Positions 1-61,407 are shown, counted from the first letter of the stretch. The stretch: 64,000 nt of DNA from the human T2T-CHM13v2.0 reference genome, Homo sapiens (GCF_009914755.1 NC_060941.1), one strand, 5' to 3'. Numbers and translations: made by a program. The notes: generated by a model from the sequence alone, not told the origin.

Positions 1-339
1 CCCAGAGGGCCCACACTGGGACTGGCTGGGAGTAGGTTTCACCGGTTTGCAGAGCTGGCTGGGCAATGGGGAGATGCTGGCATCAGGGGAGGCGGGAGGG
101 GCTGGCGGCTCCCTGGGAAAGGAGAGCTGAGTAACGCAAGGCTGAGCCAGTGGCCTGGGCTAAAGGGCTGCACAGGAATGGTGCCTAGAGAGGGTGGGCC
201 TGCTCCCTAATACATACACTGCTTCACCACACACTCGGAGACGCCACTCTCAGATGCGCACTTGCACAGCTACCAACACACCTCAACTGCAACCCCTCAG
301 CTCTCAGATCCTTTTCCCACCTCCATATATGCCATACCT

Positions 340-512
340 ATCTAATTCATACATTCTGACATTTATTGTTTTCTGCCTGCCTCCCTGCTGGAATGTAAGC
401 CCATGTGGGTCCGGCGTTTGGCCTGATCTGTTCATTTTTCTATGCCCAGCACCTCAGCATGCCTGGCACATGGTAGGTGCTCAATAAATATGTGCTGATT
501 GAGTGAATGAAT
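340..512 (+). mobile_element. L2 LINE 3' end fragment
   Basis: cctggcacatggtaggtgctcaataaata...tgaatgaat, the typical L2 terminus. Confidence 0.8.
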
Positions 513-530
513 CCCTCTAAAAACACATTT

Positions 531-1143
531 ATTCCCAGTACTTTGGAAGGCCGAGGTGGGTGGATCACCTGAGGTCAGGAGTTTGAGACCAGCCTGGCCA
601 ACATAGTGAAACCCCGTCTCTACTAAAAATACAAAAACTAGCCAGGCGGGGTGGCTCACGCCTATAATCTCAGTACTTTGGGAGGCCAAGGCGAGTGGAT
701 TGCCTGAGGTCAGGAGTTCAAGACCAGCCTGGCCAACATGGCGAAACCCCATCTCTACTAAAAATATAAAAATTAGCCGGGCACAGTGGCGCATGCCTGT
801 AATCCCAGCTATTTGGGAGGCTGAGGCAGGAGAATTGCTTGAATCTGGGAGGCGGAGGTTGCAGTGAGCGAGGATATGCCACTGCACTCCAGCCTGGGCA
901 ACAGAGTGAGACACTGTCTCAAAACAGAAACAAAACAAAACAGAACAAAAAAAAACCCCAAAAAATTAGCCAGGTGTGGTGGCAGGTGCCTGTAATCCCA
1001 GCTACTTGGGAGGCTGAGGCAGAAAACAGCTTGAACCCAGGAGGCAGAGGTTGTAGTGAGCTGAGATCACGCTACTGCACTCCAGCCTGGGCGACAGAGC
1101 AAGACTCTGTCTCAAAAAAAAAAAAAGAAAAGAAAAAAAAAAA
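531..1143 (+). mobile_element. Nested Alus: a full Alu (about 641-955) inserted in the A-rich linker of an older Alu
   Basis: Left arm, then a complete Alu, then the right arm and poly(A). Confidence 0.85.
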
Positions 1144-2293
1144 CCACATTCATGCATGCACGCAGGCAGGCACACATTCACACCCAGACCCGCACATTCA
1201 CGCAACACACAAGCACACGGGCACTTTCAGACCCACACCCAGCCGTCCAGATTCCAAAGCTTGTGCTCATGGCAGGTTCACGTCTGCGCAGACACGCCAC
1301 AGCACATCCCGCTCCCCACCCTCTGAAGGGCCAGCCCCTCCCAGAAACAGGGGCTGGGCCTTGGTGGACCTGACAACACTGCAGCTTGAAAGAGGTGGGG
1401 TGGGGCGGGGCCACCCTGCACCTGGAGGCGGTCAGGAAACGCTACCACTGCAGATGTGCTTCCCCGGAAGACCCACCTATGGGAGGAAGGAGTGAGGTCA
1501 CTGAGCCCCCAGCCTTGACCCAGCCCTTTTTCCAGACTCAGACTCTGCCCTTTCAGCTCTCATCCCGATCAAAGGCCTAGGGGAGGGGCTTGGAGTGGGA
1601 CAGGGAGTCCTCCTAGGAACAGAGGTGGACAGGGCCCAGGCCAGATCACCTGGCACATCTGGAGAGAAAGTAGGGGTGGGGCAGTGAGAACTTGGCTTCC
1701 CAGCCTTGACTCTACCTTCAAGTGGGAAGACAACTCTGCCGCCCTGCCCCCGGGAGGCTGGAAATATGGGGCAGAACTGTCACCTGGCTGGCCTTGGCCC
1801 TGGGTTCCTCCCAGACAGACCCCCTTTGCCCCCACCTCCCTGCTGTGGAATAGGGGTGGGGTTTGGCGGTGAGTCCCAGGCTAGGAGGTAGCCACCAGGC
1901 ACCATCGTTGCCTGCACACCCTGCACACCGGGACCCACTGCCCCTGGGAGCCCATGTAAAATCGGTCAAGAGGGATCTGGCTGTCCCACTGCACCCCAAG
2001 AATCCCAAAGTAATCAAACCACATCCCTGGGGCTCCTCTGCCTGCTAAGCTGGGGCCCCAACCCGGCTCTGGAATGTGGGAATAGAGGGCAGCGGCAGGG
2101 CCAGCTCCCTCTGACTCTAAGGAAACTGGGTCAGTAAATGCCCACAAAGTAAACACTAGGAGCAAATGTCCTTGGCCCCCTCCCACACTTGCCACATTCC
2201 CCGAGGGAAGTGATCCTGAACTAGGAAAATACAGGACTTCCCATCTTAGAAATCTGAAACCATCGTCTTCCCGCCTGGGGAGGACTGTGTTCT

Positions 2294-2325
2294 CCCGCCC
2301 CCTGGTGGCAGATCTGCACACTGCG
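2294..2325 (-). promoter_or_regulatory. CTCF binding site (core plus upstream module)
   Basis: Minus strand CGCAGTGTGCAGATCTGCCACCAGGGGGCG: consensus core CCACCAGGGGGCG with a GCAGT module starting 17 nt upstream. Confidence 0.8.
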
Positions 2326-2511
2326 TCCTCTCTCACACATCCTTCAGCCCCAGGTGCAGAGGACCAGCCGGGGCCCAGATGGTGCCCCTCCGCCCCACAT
2401 TTTACAGATGAGGGGACACAGGTGCGGAGAGAGGGAGGGAAGGACCTGTACCCTTACAACTGAGCTCCAGGGAGACGACCACGGGTACTATGACTCATTC
2501 AACAACAAACA

Positions 2512-2517
2512 TTTATT
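2512..2517 (-). terminator. P3H4: P3H4 distal poly(A) signal AATAAA (within an L2 3' end)
   Basis: tttatt on plus, about 1 kb past the stop; context GTAGGTGCTCAATAAATGTTTGTTG on minus. Confidence 0.7.
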
Positions 2518-2781
2518 GAGCACCTACTGGTCAGGGCCCTGGAACCACTAGACTCTTAGTCCAGTGCTCTTCAGGACCCTGGAGGACCCTCTGCAATTTG
2601 GCCTGAGACTCCAGCCAGCAGCTGGAAACTCCTCGTCCAGGAGACTGTCCAGGTGAGGAGCTCAGCAGTGAGGAGGGCGGACCCCATCAGCCCACTTGCC
2701 AACCTGCAATGCCACCACCATCCTGTGGTCCAGAGACATAGAAGTGGCAGGATGGGTCTGGGGTGCAGCACCCATGGGTGA

Positions 2782-3407
<626 letters not shown>

Positions 3408-3499
3408 TAATAAATAGTTCTTGCTGCTGCCCAGGCTGGTGAGGGTGGGGCCATCGGCACCAGGCTTCCCAAGCTTGAGGGGTGTGGGGTGTCCCCTTC

Positions 3500-12475
<8,976 letters not shown>

Positions 12476-13486
12476 GCCCGCCGCGCCGCCGGCTCTCCGG
12501 AGCTGAGCTGGCTGCCCCGCGGACGGAAGGGGACAGGGCCGGGCCCCGGGCGGGCGGCGCGCCCGCTGGGTCTTAGCGCCGGGCACGAGGCGGCAAGGTG
12601 GGGCGGGGCCTGGGTCACGACGTCTCCCCTCTTTTCCCAGAGGGTCCGATAGTGTCGTTAAGTCCTCTCCGTCGGCCCGGGCTCCTGCCTTGGGGGTGTC
12701 CCCTAGGTAGAGAATGCGTCGGGGAGCGCTTCCCGCCAGAGATGGGAAGCCCAGGAAGCCCCTCCCCATGCAAACAGTGCCCCCGCCTGAGATCAGGACA
12801 CTGAGTGAGGGCCGCCTCCTCTGCGCTGCCCATACGAGAAGGAAGCCCTGGAGCCGGGCCTTCCGTCGCTGCGCCCTCCTGCACCCTCCGAGTGTCTCCC
12901 CCGCCCACGTCGGAGGCACACACCTGCTGTCACCTGCACACCTTGCGCTGCCACCACCCCCCACTCCATCTCCGTGCCCGTCACATCCCAAGTCACAAAG
13001 TCCTTCTTTCAGTCCAGCTTTTGCGGGACCAAGCTGCTCTTCCCTGGAGATGCCTTCCCTTGGAGTACAGCTGGGGTCACGGATGAGCACGGAGATGCCT
13101 CTCACACTCCGCGGCTTCACCACCCACCTGGAGGGGACTAGAATTCGAAGTGCCCGCGAAAGAAGCAAGGTTCATCTCCGCCCGGCTTTAGGACCCGGGG
13201 GCTCCGGAAAAAGTCATTGAACTTTTTTTTTTTTTTTTCCTTTGGTGTCCACTCAGAGTTCTCATCTTTCCCGAGCCTCTCTCCCTGGCCAGGCCCCAGG
13301 TCTCGCAGCCAGGGATGGAGATGGGGGGAGGGGGAACCTAGAGTTCTTTGTAGTGCCTCCCTCAGACTCTAACACACTCAGCCTGGCCCCCTCCTCCTAT
13401 TGCAACCCCCTCCCCCGCTCCTCCCGGCCAGGCCAGCTCAGTCTTCCCAGCCCCCATTCCACGTGGACCAGCCAGGGCGGGGGTAG

Positions 13487-22968
<9,482 letters not shown>

Positions 22969-23752
22969 GGGGCAGGGAGCCTGGCCAGGCCTGAGACACA
23001 GAGGCCCACTGCGAGGGGGACAGTGGCGGTGGGACTGACCTGCTGACAGTCACCCTCCCTCTGCTGGGATGAGGTCCAGGAGCCAACTAAAACAATGGCA
23101 GAGGAGACATCTCTGGTGTTCCCACCACCCTAGATGAAAATCCACAGCACAGACCTCTACCGTGTTTCTCTTCCATCCCTAAACCACTTCCTTAAAATGT
23201 TTGGATTTGCAAAGCCAATTTGGGGCCTGTGGAGCCTGGGGTTGGATAGGGCCATGGCTGGTCCCCCACCATACCTCCCCTCCACATCACTGACACAGCT
23301 GAGCTTGTTATCCATCTCCCCAAACTTTCTCTTTCTTTGTACTTCTTGTCATCCCCACTCCCAGCCCCTATTCCTCTATGTGACAGCTGGCTAGGACCCC
23401 TCTGCCTTCCTCCCCAATCCTGACTGGCTCCTAGGGAAGGGGAAGGCTCCTGGAGGGCAGCCCTACCTCTCCCATGCCCTTTGCCCTCCTCCCTCGCCTC
23501 CAGTGGAGGCTGAGCTGACCCTGGGCTGCTGGAGGCCAGACTGGGCTGTAGTTAGCTTTTCATCCCTAAAGAAGGCTTTCCCTAAGGAACCATAGAAGAG
23601 AGGAAGAAAACAAAGGGCATGTGTGAGGGAAGCTGCTTGGGTGGGTGTTAGGGCTATGAAATCTTGGATTTGGGGCTGAGGGGTGGGAGGGAGGGCAGAG
23701 CTCTGCACACTCAAAGGCTAAACTGGTGTCAGTCCTTTTTTCCTTTGTTCCA

Positions 23753-23766
23753 AATAAAAGATTAAA
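23753..23766 (+). terminator. FKBP10: FKBP10 poly(A) signal (tandem AATAAA and ATTAAA)
   Basis: caAATAAAagATTAAAcc followed by GT-rich gggtgtcttttgg. Confidence 0.85.
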
Positions 23767-24538
23767 CCAATGGCCTTAGGGTGTCTTTTGGACCAGGTTG
23801 AGGGGCAGGGGGGAATGGCTAGGGGATGAAGTGGGGATTGTGGGAGGCCTTTAGACCCAGAGATTGGGGAAAAAGTTAAACCAGGCTGTTTCCATGGCCT
23901 CATTAGCTCCAGACAGCATGTCCCCAGGTCAGGGGCTCCCCATCTGGAGGTTTCCTGCCTGCCCTGGGCCTAACCTGGGGTCTTCGCTGTGGGAAGGGAG
24001 CCCTGCTCTGTGGAGGGGGTGAATGTGTAAAGAGGGGAGGCCTCCAGCAGGGTGTGGAGAGATGATCCTCATCCTCCAATTGTCCCCATTGAATGGGAAA
24101 GACAAGGTCCCTGACCTCAAACACAACCTACAAAGTTCAAGGATTAAACCACACAAGTCAGATTATCCTTTCCCATAGATCATTTCCAATACTATGATAT
24201 TCCCATCTCTCCCTGCTCCTGGCCACCACCTGTTACCACCTGCCCACCCTTCTCCCTCTTGCTAGGGGAAAGGTAATGGAGTTCAGATCTCCACAGTGTC
24301 TTGCAGGAGGACTTCAGCCACCAACCAGGCCATCTGTCCTCGCTTGCCTGGTATGACCCGAGCATTGTGAGGACGGGGTGGGGACTTAGGAAAGAAAATG
24401 ACAGGACTGGACTCATACAGCAAACTGCCCCCATCAGCACTTCTTGCCCAGGGTCCCCTAAGAGACGTGACTGCTCCCCACGGGCAATGACCGACATTCT
24501 CTGGCCCCGAAGCATCCAGAAAGCTCCCTGATTGAAGT

Positions 24539-24830
24539 CTTTTTTTTTTTTTTTTTGAGACAGGGTCTCGCTCTGTCACCACAGCGCAGTGGTATGATCT
24601 CAGCTCACTGCAACCTCCGCCTGCCAGGTTCAAGTGATTCTCCTGCTTCAGCCTCCTGAGTAGCTGGGATTACAGGCACGGGCCACCAAGCCCGGCTAAT
24701 TTTTGTATTTTTAGTAGAGACAGGGTCTTACCATGTTGGCCACACTAGTCTCAAACTCTTGACCTCAAGTGATCTGCCACCCTGGCCTCCCAGAGTGCTG
24801 GGATTACAGGCGTGAGCCACTGCGCCGGCC
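24539..24830 (-). mobile_element. Alu between FKBP10 and NT5C3B (with a MIR at about 24950-25140)
   Basis: Alu consensus; TSD aaagtct. Confidence 0.88.
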
Positions 24831-26079
24831 AAGAAAGCTCCTTGATTAAAGTCTGGAAGTGGTTACTAACCCAGCCTCAGATGGTGGCCACTCCCTCCTC
24901 CCAAAAACGAATGGAACAGGCCTGAAGCAGAGAAATGCAGCAAAAGGCATGGGCTTTGGTCAGAAACATTCAAATCCTGGCTCCAGCTCCTAGCTATGGA
25001 GTTTGGGCAAGTTACCCATCCTGCCTGAGCCATCTGGAAGCAGGAGGAGCTGCACCTACTTGTGGGGTCATTGTGAGGGTCAACTGGCAGGCACCCAAGT
25101 GCCCAGAGTGGCACCTGGGACACTGCAGGCCTTCAGTAACATCTGTATTACCTCCCGCTTCACATCTGCAGAATAACAGAACTTTCCAACGGCTAGCCGA
25201 ACACTGCAGGAAGGGTGCTGGTGATTTCCTCTAAGGCTAAGAAAATGCTGAACTGGCTCTTCAGGGTCGGCCCAATAACGCAAGACCACAGTGCACACAT
25301 CACTTGTTTCACCTTGGCACAGTCTCCCTCAGGTCCCTGCTCTAAATTCCCCTTTTCAGGTCATCCACTTTAGTGGCCCCGACCCATAAGAGGAGGGGAA
25401 AGGAGAGCCTAGGGCATAGGGGGACAGCCACACACAAATGCATCCCCTCAGGGATCCCTAAAGAGGGGGCTCTCAGACAGGGTTGCCTCAACCCCACCGA
25501 TCCCAAATGAATTTCAAGTTTGATGGCTGAATCAGAATAAAGTCAAACCACTGTAGGCTAGAACATACCCTTTCAGCCCCACGCTGAACCAGACAGACAC
25601 AATCAGGCTGTGCTCGGATGGGGTCTCAGGCCAATTTGTGGTGGTTCTCAAACTGTGTTCCTAGAAGCATCCCATGTGCCCCCAGGGCCAAGAGGTCCAG
25701 GTTCTACCCCCACCCACATCCCCTGAATCAGAGCAGCTTTTTTTTCATTTTAAAAATTTTGATCTGTTTCACACATTATATTTGTTTGAACTTCCCATGT
25801 TTAAAAATTTTGAAGAAAATCCCTGGAGTAGACAATCCCTAGAGCACTGACATGCTGTGGTCCAAGGTTCACCAGGAACAGTGCCTGTGCCCTGCCACAT
25901 GGCGGGGTTCCTTCAAGCCTCTGGTGATGAAGGTGCTCAGGGAAAGGAGGACGGAGGGGCGCGGAAGGACCCAGCCACTGCTGGCCACCCTGGCCTCTGC
26001 TCTGTGTTCACGGGGGAGCAGACTCTGGGGAGGCGCCCCTCCTCACCACGGCCTGCAGGCCGGGCTGGAGCCTGCGCCT

Positions 26080-36749
<10,670 letters not shown>

Positions 36750-37059
36750 CCCGTTCGAGGCCTGGTCGGCGGCTCGCGGGACAACGACAGCCCCGCGACC
36801 GCACTGCGCAGGCGTCGCCTCCCGCCTGGAGCCCGGGCGGGGGTTGGTGGGGCCGGGGGCGGGGCGGGGGTGGGGCCGAGAATCGAGTGGTCCCGGAGAT
36901 GGCCGCGATCCGGGTGGGCTTGCCGGGTGCGCTAGGCAAACTGGAGGAGGGTTCTATTTATTGTGAAGAGCAGGGTGAAGGTCCCAAGGTGTTGGGGTTA
37001 CGTGGGTAGGTAGGGTTCTGCCACTCTTTGTGGAGGAAAAGCCTTGCCAAACGTGGTCA

Positions 37060-38008
<949 letters not shown>

Positions 38009-38488
38009 AAGAAAGAAATTTAATCAGTTTTACTTCTCCCTTCAGCCTCAACTGACTTGGATTTCCTTGAGTTCAGTGTCTAGGGAGCCAAGTGTTGGGC
38101 TGTGGAAGGTAGATGAAAGCTCCAGGGATAGAGACCTGTATCAGGTGAGTAACAGGAGCTGGAATCAATAAACACTCAGATGGTGCTAGTGGTCATGGTT
38201 CTGTTTTGGGTTCAAGGACACAGAAGGAGGTGTGAGGTGGTTTTCAGCCTAAGTGGGGTGGTAAGGAGGGGAGAAGGAAGAGGACAAGTCCAGGAGGCAG
38301 TTCCAGAACCTGAGAGCACAATCCTGTGTGATCTCACTGCAGGGCCAGGATTCTGGAACTTGGGTTGCCTGATAGACCCTATACAAAAGATGTAGTAGGG
38401 AAAAGGAGCGACAGCTGGCTAAAGGGGCCCCCCACAACCCTCCCCGACACCCTAGGAAAGCAGCCTCTCTCCGCTGTCCCAGGGTGCC

Positions 38489-48858
<10,370 letters not shown>

Positions 48859-48874
48859 GCCTCTTCATTTAGCT

Positions 48875-48880
48875 AATAAA
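48875..48880 (+). terminator. KLHL10: KLHL10 poly(A) signal AATAAA
   Basis: 16 nt after the stop codon. Confidence 0.75.
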
Positions 48881-49082
48881 AAGTCTAAGCAATAAGAATT
48901 AATTCTTTTTTTAAAAAAATGCAGTGTTTAAACTTTGAAGAGTACTGGAAAATGTTCAACTTAAGAGAGCCAATGGCTGGATGAATGAGGGAGTAGGAGG
49001 GATGGAAGAAAGCAATTATATCCGACAGTGCATAAATAAGAAAAAAAAGTCACACAGTACAAACCAGCTTTAAAGAAATATG

Positions 49083-49088
49083 TTTATT
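49083..49088 (-). terminator. KLHL11: KLHL11 distal poly(A) signal AATAAA (implies a 3'UTR of about 5.2 kb, from about 49065 to 54291)
   Basis: tttatt on plus; on the minus strand it is followed by GU/U-rich ctggtttgtactgtgtgactttttt; further candidates at 49303 and 51423. Confidence 0.7.
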
Positions 49089-51699
49089 TAAAACTTACAC
49101 TGAGACAATTAGTAGCTTTAACAGAGAACAAGATAGCTTCAGGAACATAAAACAAGCTATTTTACAATGTCATGTCTCAAGGTGTTCTAAATGCTACATC
49201 TCCTCTGACTTAAGGGGAGATAGTGAAGATTATATTTTCAGTAGAGTAGGGACCTGGATACTACTAGTCCAAAAAACTTACTGCATCAACTCAAACTAAA
49301 TGTTTATTTTACAAATAACTCAACGAGCCCAAGCACACGGATCATAAAATCTTCAAACACCTAGCAAGCACTACTTTTCACGAGTGCATTATGCAGGAGG
49401 ACTAAGTTAACAAGTGCTCTGCAGTCTGTGCTTCAATGTAAGACATTCGTAGTGATGGTCACTGAGTAAGACAAAAAGCCCTACAAGTGTAATAAACAAA
49501 CCGCAGTGATTTTGCTATCTAATTAAATTACTTGAAGCAAAATGACTACTAGGTTATATTACTGTTATTATATTACATCACCCAACTATGAGCTGTTCTG
49601 TTTCCAATGACCAGAACATACGGTATAATAACAAAAACAAAAAATGGACTATTCTCAAGAAAGTAACAAACTGGAGTGATGAACTGTGCCAAAATGTTTG
49701 AGAGACTGAATTGTTTCTCAAATATTTTGCAGTTAAAGCACCCTCTGGTGTAGACAGAGTACTTGGTTTACAGTAATGTACAACACTTTCAAAGACATGA
49801 AATGTGGCCCGTATACTATATTTAAACTTAATTTGAGAAAAGTATCAAAAAAGAAGTCCCTTTAGTTATGCTTGATTAGACCAAATAACTAAAATATACA
49901 AATCAGCTCTCCTGTCTACATACAGTATAGTGTTGACCTTAGAATTACGAAGCAGAAAATGAAATATTTTAAACATACCACATGCTACACTAGTCAAGAG
50001 GTAAGGAGGAAAAGTGAGCCCTAGAAACTGCCTTACCAGCAGCCTGACGGGTTTAAAAAACACAAAAGCACACAAATCTTCCATAAACACTATCTTTCCA
50101 GCTTCAAACTTCTGTTTTATATTAAAAAGGTATATTTAAATTTTTTGGTCCCAGAAATACTATATAAAACCGGGTGATCAAAACAAAACTTATGTCATGA
50201 ATTTTAAGAGTTTTTAGCAAAAAAGATATTTTTGAACTGGCACAGCAAAAGCAAAGTTGAACATCATGATACACAAGACTAATCATGCAAACAACTGTAA
50301 GTGGGATGTGTTACTTAAACACTAAGCTCATGACTGACATTCTCAATATATACCACTGATTTTTTTAAGCCATGGTGGGGTAGATATAGTTCAAGGATAC
50401 CCATTCTAAGATATAAGTAGCCTCACTCAAAGTTACATATACTATTACTTTTTGGTATAATAACTTCCTCTCTCTTCTACAAACAAAAGCAAAAGCAACA
50501 AAACAAAGGTTTGCTTGAATACGCATTAAGCTGTCTTTCTAAAGTCATGTTTTTAACTGCTTACATTACCAAAAACAGTATTTTAAGTTTTCTCATCAAA
50601 AAGGAAATTTCTTTCCCAAGGAGCTATTTTAGGCCTGATCCTTGTACTTAGAACCTTTCCAAATACTCTGGGAAGTTATTTCCAGTTTAGAATTTCAGAA
50701 TGTCAGCCTTGAACAGATTTAAGCAAATCTGGTTTCTTTCCTTATTAACAAGTTAGTTAGGATATTTCAGAAACACAAGTTATTGATGTGAAATTACACA
50801 TGTGAATTCAAAAATAAAAATTAGAAAATCAGGAAAACCTGCACACATCATCATGCAATGAAGGACTTACCCCTTCTTTTCAGCCATGGCCTAGGCTGCC
50901 TGCTAAGTTAAAAAACAACAGTTTCAATCAAGGTTTTAAAACCAGATTATGCCTAAATCTTATGAGTTATAATTTCTGTCACATGATGTGAAAAAAACAC
51001 AACCCCACAAATGACTTGGTAATAATTATCTCAGAAGACAACTCTGAGAACAAAAAACAAAAAACACATCACACCCTTCCAGTTAAAAACTATTATCGTA
51101 GTGAGATACTAAATTATTTAAATACAATCAAGAAAACGAAGTTTGCTAGCACAGTCTGTTGGAGAGAAATGAGAACTTCATTTAGTGAGCTTCATTTAAT
51201 GATTCTGTCTTACTTGCATAGACCTATCACAGCTAAGAATTAGTGCTTCTCAGAATCCAAATGGCTTTTACTAAAATAACTACAAAGAAATAGAAATTGA
51301 GAAAAAGGTAGTGGTGGGATGGGACAATATAATAATATATCCTTATATGTAGAAATAGACTTGCAGTTTCTCACGCCCACTCCAGTCTAAATTAAATGGA
51401 TTTAAAGTTGATTTTCAACACATTTATTAAAAACTTTTCACCTAGGCAGGGATACTAATTTAAAAATTTCAAGTTCTTAGTATAGAGCCCAAGACCTACA
51501 ACTTGCAGCAAATAGCCAAAATTTCTGGTTGTGCTTTTCTCTTTTGGTATTTGATCACTAACAAGAAGATTAACTATAATGGACTAGGGAAAAAAAAAAT
51601 CACTGCACTTGGAATTTGACTTCTAGAATGGTATGACAAAATGTCTAAGAAGGTAAAGACAGTCCTTAAGAAACAGGATAAATCATTGGACAGGTGGCT

Positions 51700-53383
<1,684 letters not shown>

Positions 53384-54291
53384 TTAGAGCAAAAATTAAA
53401 ATGGAAGGCATTGAGTGTCGATTGTCATAGGCATTATTTACACTCATTAACATATCCTCAAATAATCCTGCAACTCCTGAAAAAAATGTTGAAAAAATTT
53501 TAAATGCCTTTGATTTCCCAGTCTACACTAATACTTTTCTTCTTAGAGAAACAAAGTTCACACATGTAACTTGCTCTGTATTTAGTCAATTAGCTAAAGA
53601 TCTATACTTTTGCCAACTACCGTCACCTCAGATTGAAGGCTTAAAGTCTATAAACAGCTGCTAATGAAAAATATTCAAAAAATGCATGAGCCAGTAAAAA
53701 ATTTCTCATCAGTCACATCTTCTAGGAAGGAAACTGGCATTTCTAGATAAACATAAGAAAATATCAATGCAAACATTCTCAAATTATCTTGCTGAAATAT
53801 TGAGTGTTTTCATTCAAATTTCAGTCTCACTATTGCACATGCCTCCTGCAGATGAGGGCTCAATGCAGAAGTCAGATCTTGCCAAAACCAATCATTTAAT
53901 AAAAAATGAAAAAGAATATCAAAGTAAATGTGCAAATAAAATTGGTGCTTAAAGCATGTTCAAAACGTAAGTCCTCAAGACAAAGGAGTTATAACTCGTT
54001 GGCAGGAAAACAGCTAAGCAACTACACCTGATTTTTCCACTTGTCCTTAATAAGATCTTATTTAGCTAGCACAAACAAACAAACCAAAGACAAAAATTGC
54101 AAGCTAACAAAATGACCATGTATTGAACTGAGTCTCCCATTCTTTAGTTTTTAACTCTATTTCCTTTATATGGGGTAATAATCAGTTCATGTAGAAAATA
54201 AGTTATCGACATACTTTTTTAAATAACAGCCTGGGTATCTTCAGCTTCACGAAACGGGTGTAACAGTTTTAATCGGCACGCTTGAGAGAAC

Positions 54292-60285
<5,994 letters not shown>

Positions 60286-61407
60286 GTACAAAGCATGTGT
60301 AGGTTAAAAAACAAAAGAAAGTGATCTGGCATGTAGCTGACTAGATATTGTCTGCTCACCTAAATCCATTTAAAGTTTAATTTAAAAAAACCACAATCGT
60401 TTCAGACAAATTCATAAATCTGGCAGCAATCAGCCTGAGGATAGCCAATTTGAGACCACTGCTTTAAAAAGACTAAGTCCCCAGAACCGAGAAGAACCTT
60501 AAACAAGATTAAGAATCACTTCATCAATTCAGGCCTCTCGCAATTCAGTAACCGTTTGTTATTAGTGACTGTGCTTAGTAACTCTCTTAACTATGATATG
60601 AAAATCAATAAGGCAGGCTCCCTTCACTCTTTTAAGAGAACATATCATTTTAGAGATAAAGCAAAGACAAAGTAGAGTGGTATGGGATATAGTGGCTCCC
60701 AGACATGTCTGGGTGCCAGTGTCACCTGATTCCCAGGCTGCCCTGGGCTCCTAGTTTTAGCAGGCACTCCAGGTAATTTGGAGACAAATTCCCTTAAGTG
60801 TCTGGAAGCAATGCTCTATGAAAATAGCTGTCATACACTTGGCATCTGTCATGTGAGGGGCATTGTGCACATCCTATTATTATATTTCTGATCCTTACAA
60901 ATGCCCAGTGAGGCAGGCATGATCATCAACAGACATATGTACTTAGGGGTTTTGGGGGGGGTGGGGGCGGGTCCTGCCTCAGAGCTGATGGGAAGATTAA
61001 ATGTGATGGTTGCAGGGCACTTTGAACAGTGCCTGACAAAAGCCATTGGCTTAGCTGCTGACAGATGGAGAGAAGTTAAGAGTTTTTAGTAAAATGCCCA
61101 GAGTATCGTCTCCTCTCCTCTAACTCCCCAATAGAGCAGGAGCAAATCTGACAAACTCAAGATGATATGACAGAATCAAACCTAGGTTTGAGTGAGTGCA
61201 ATGACCCTTTTCCACCCATTTTCATGCAACAAACCTCTCTCCCTCAGAGCTATGCCCATCCCACTCCACCTTCTCATTGATGACCCAGCCTCTTGAGAAA
61301 ACAGAGACAATCAAGCAGGAACTTCATCTTCCCACCACCCAATCCACCAGCAGTTGTACCCTATACTTTGCAGTCCAACCATTCCAATTTTAATATGGAT
61401 TCTACAC

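Noticed and set aside
12476-13168. 231-codon in-frame extension upstream of the P3H4 ATG (ORF 11876..13168)
   Set aside because: A stop-poor CpG island with a non-ATG start; an extension would bury the signal peptide that begins at 12475
13445-13480. Possible ER-stress element (ERSE) around CCACGTGG in the FKBP10 promoter
   Set aside because: There is no CCAAT at the required 9-nt spacing on either strand and no ATTGG-N-CCACG; only an E-box is supported
25640-25800. NT5C3B poly(A) site and a possible MER-type DNA element near its 3' end
   Set aside because: Only a variant hexamer (AATATA at 25777-25782) and a short gtggttctcaaact match; too weak to assign without 3'-seq or RepeatMasker
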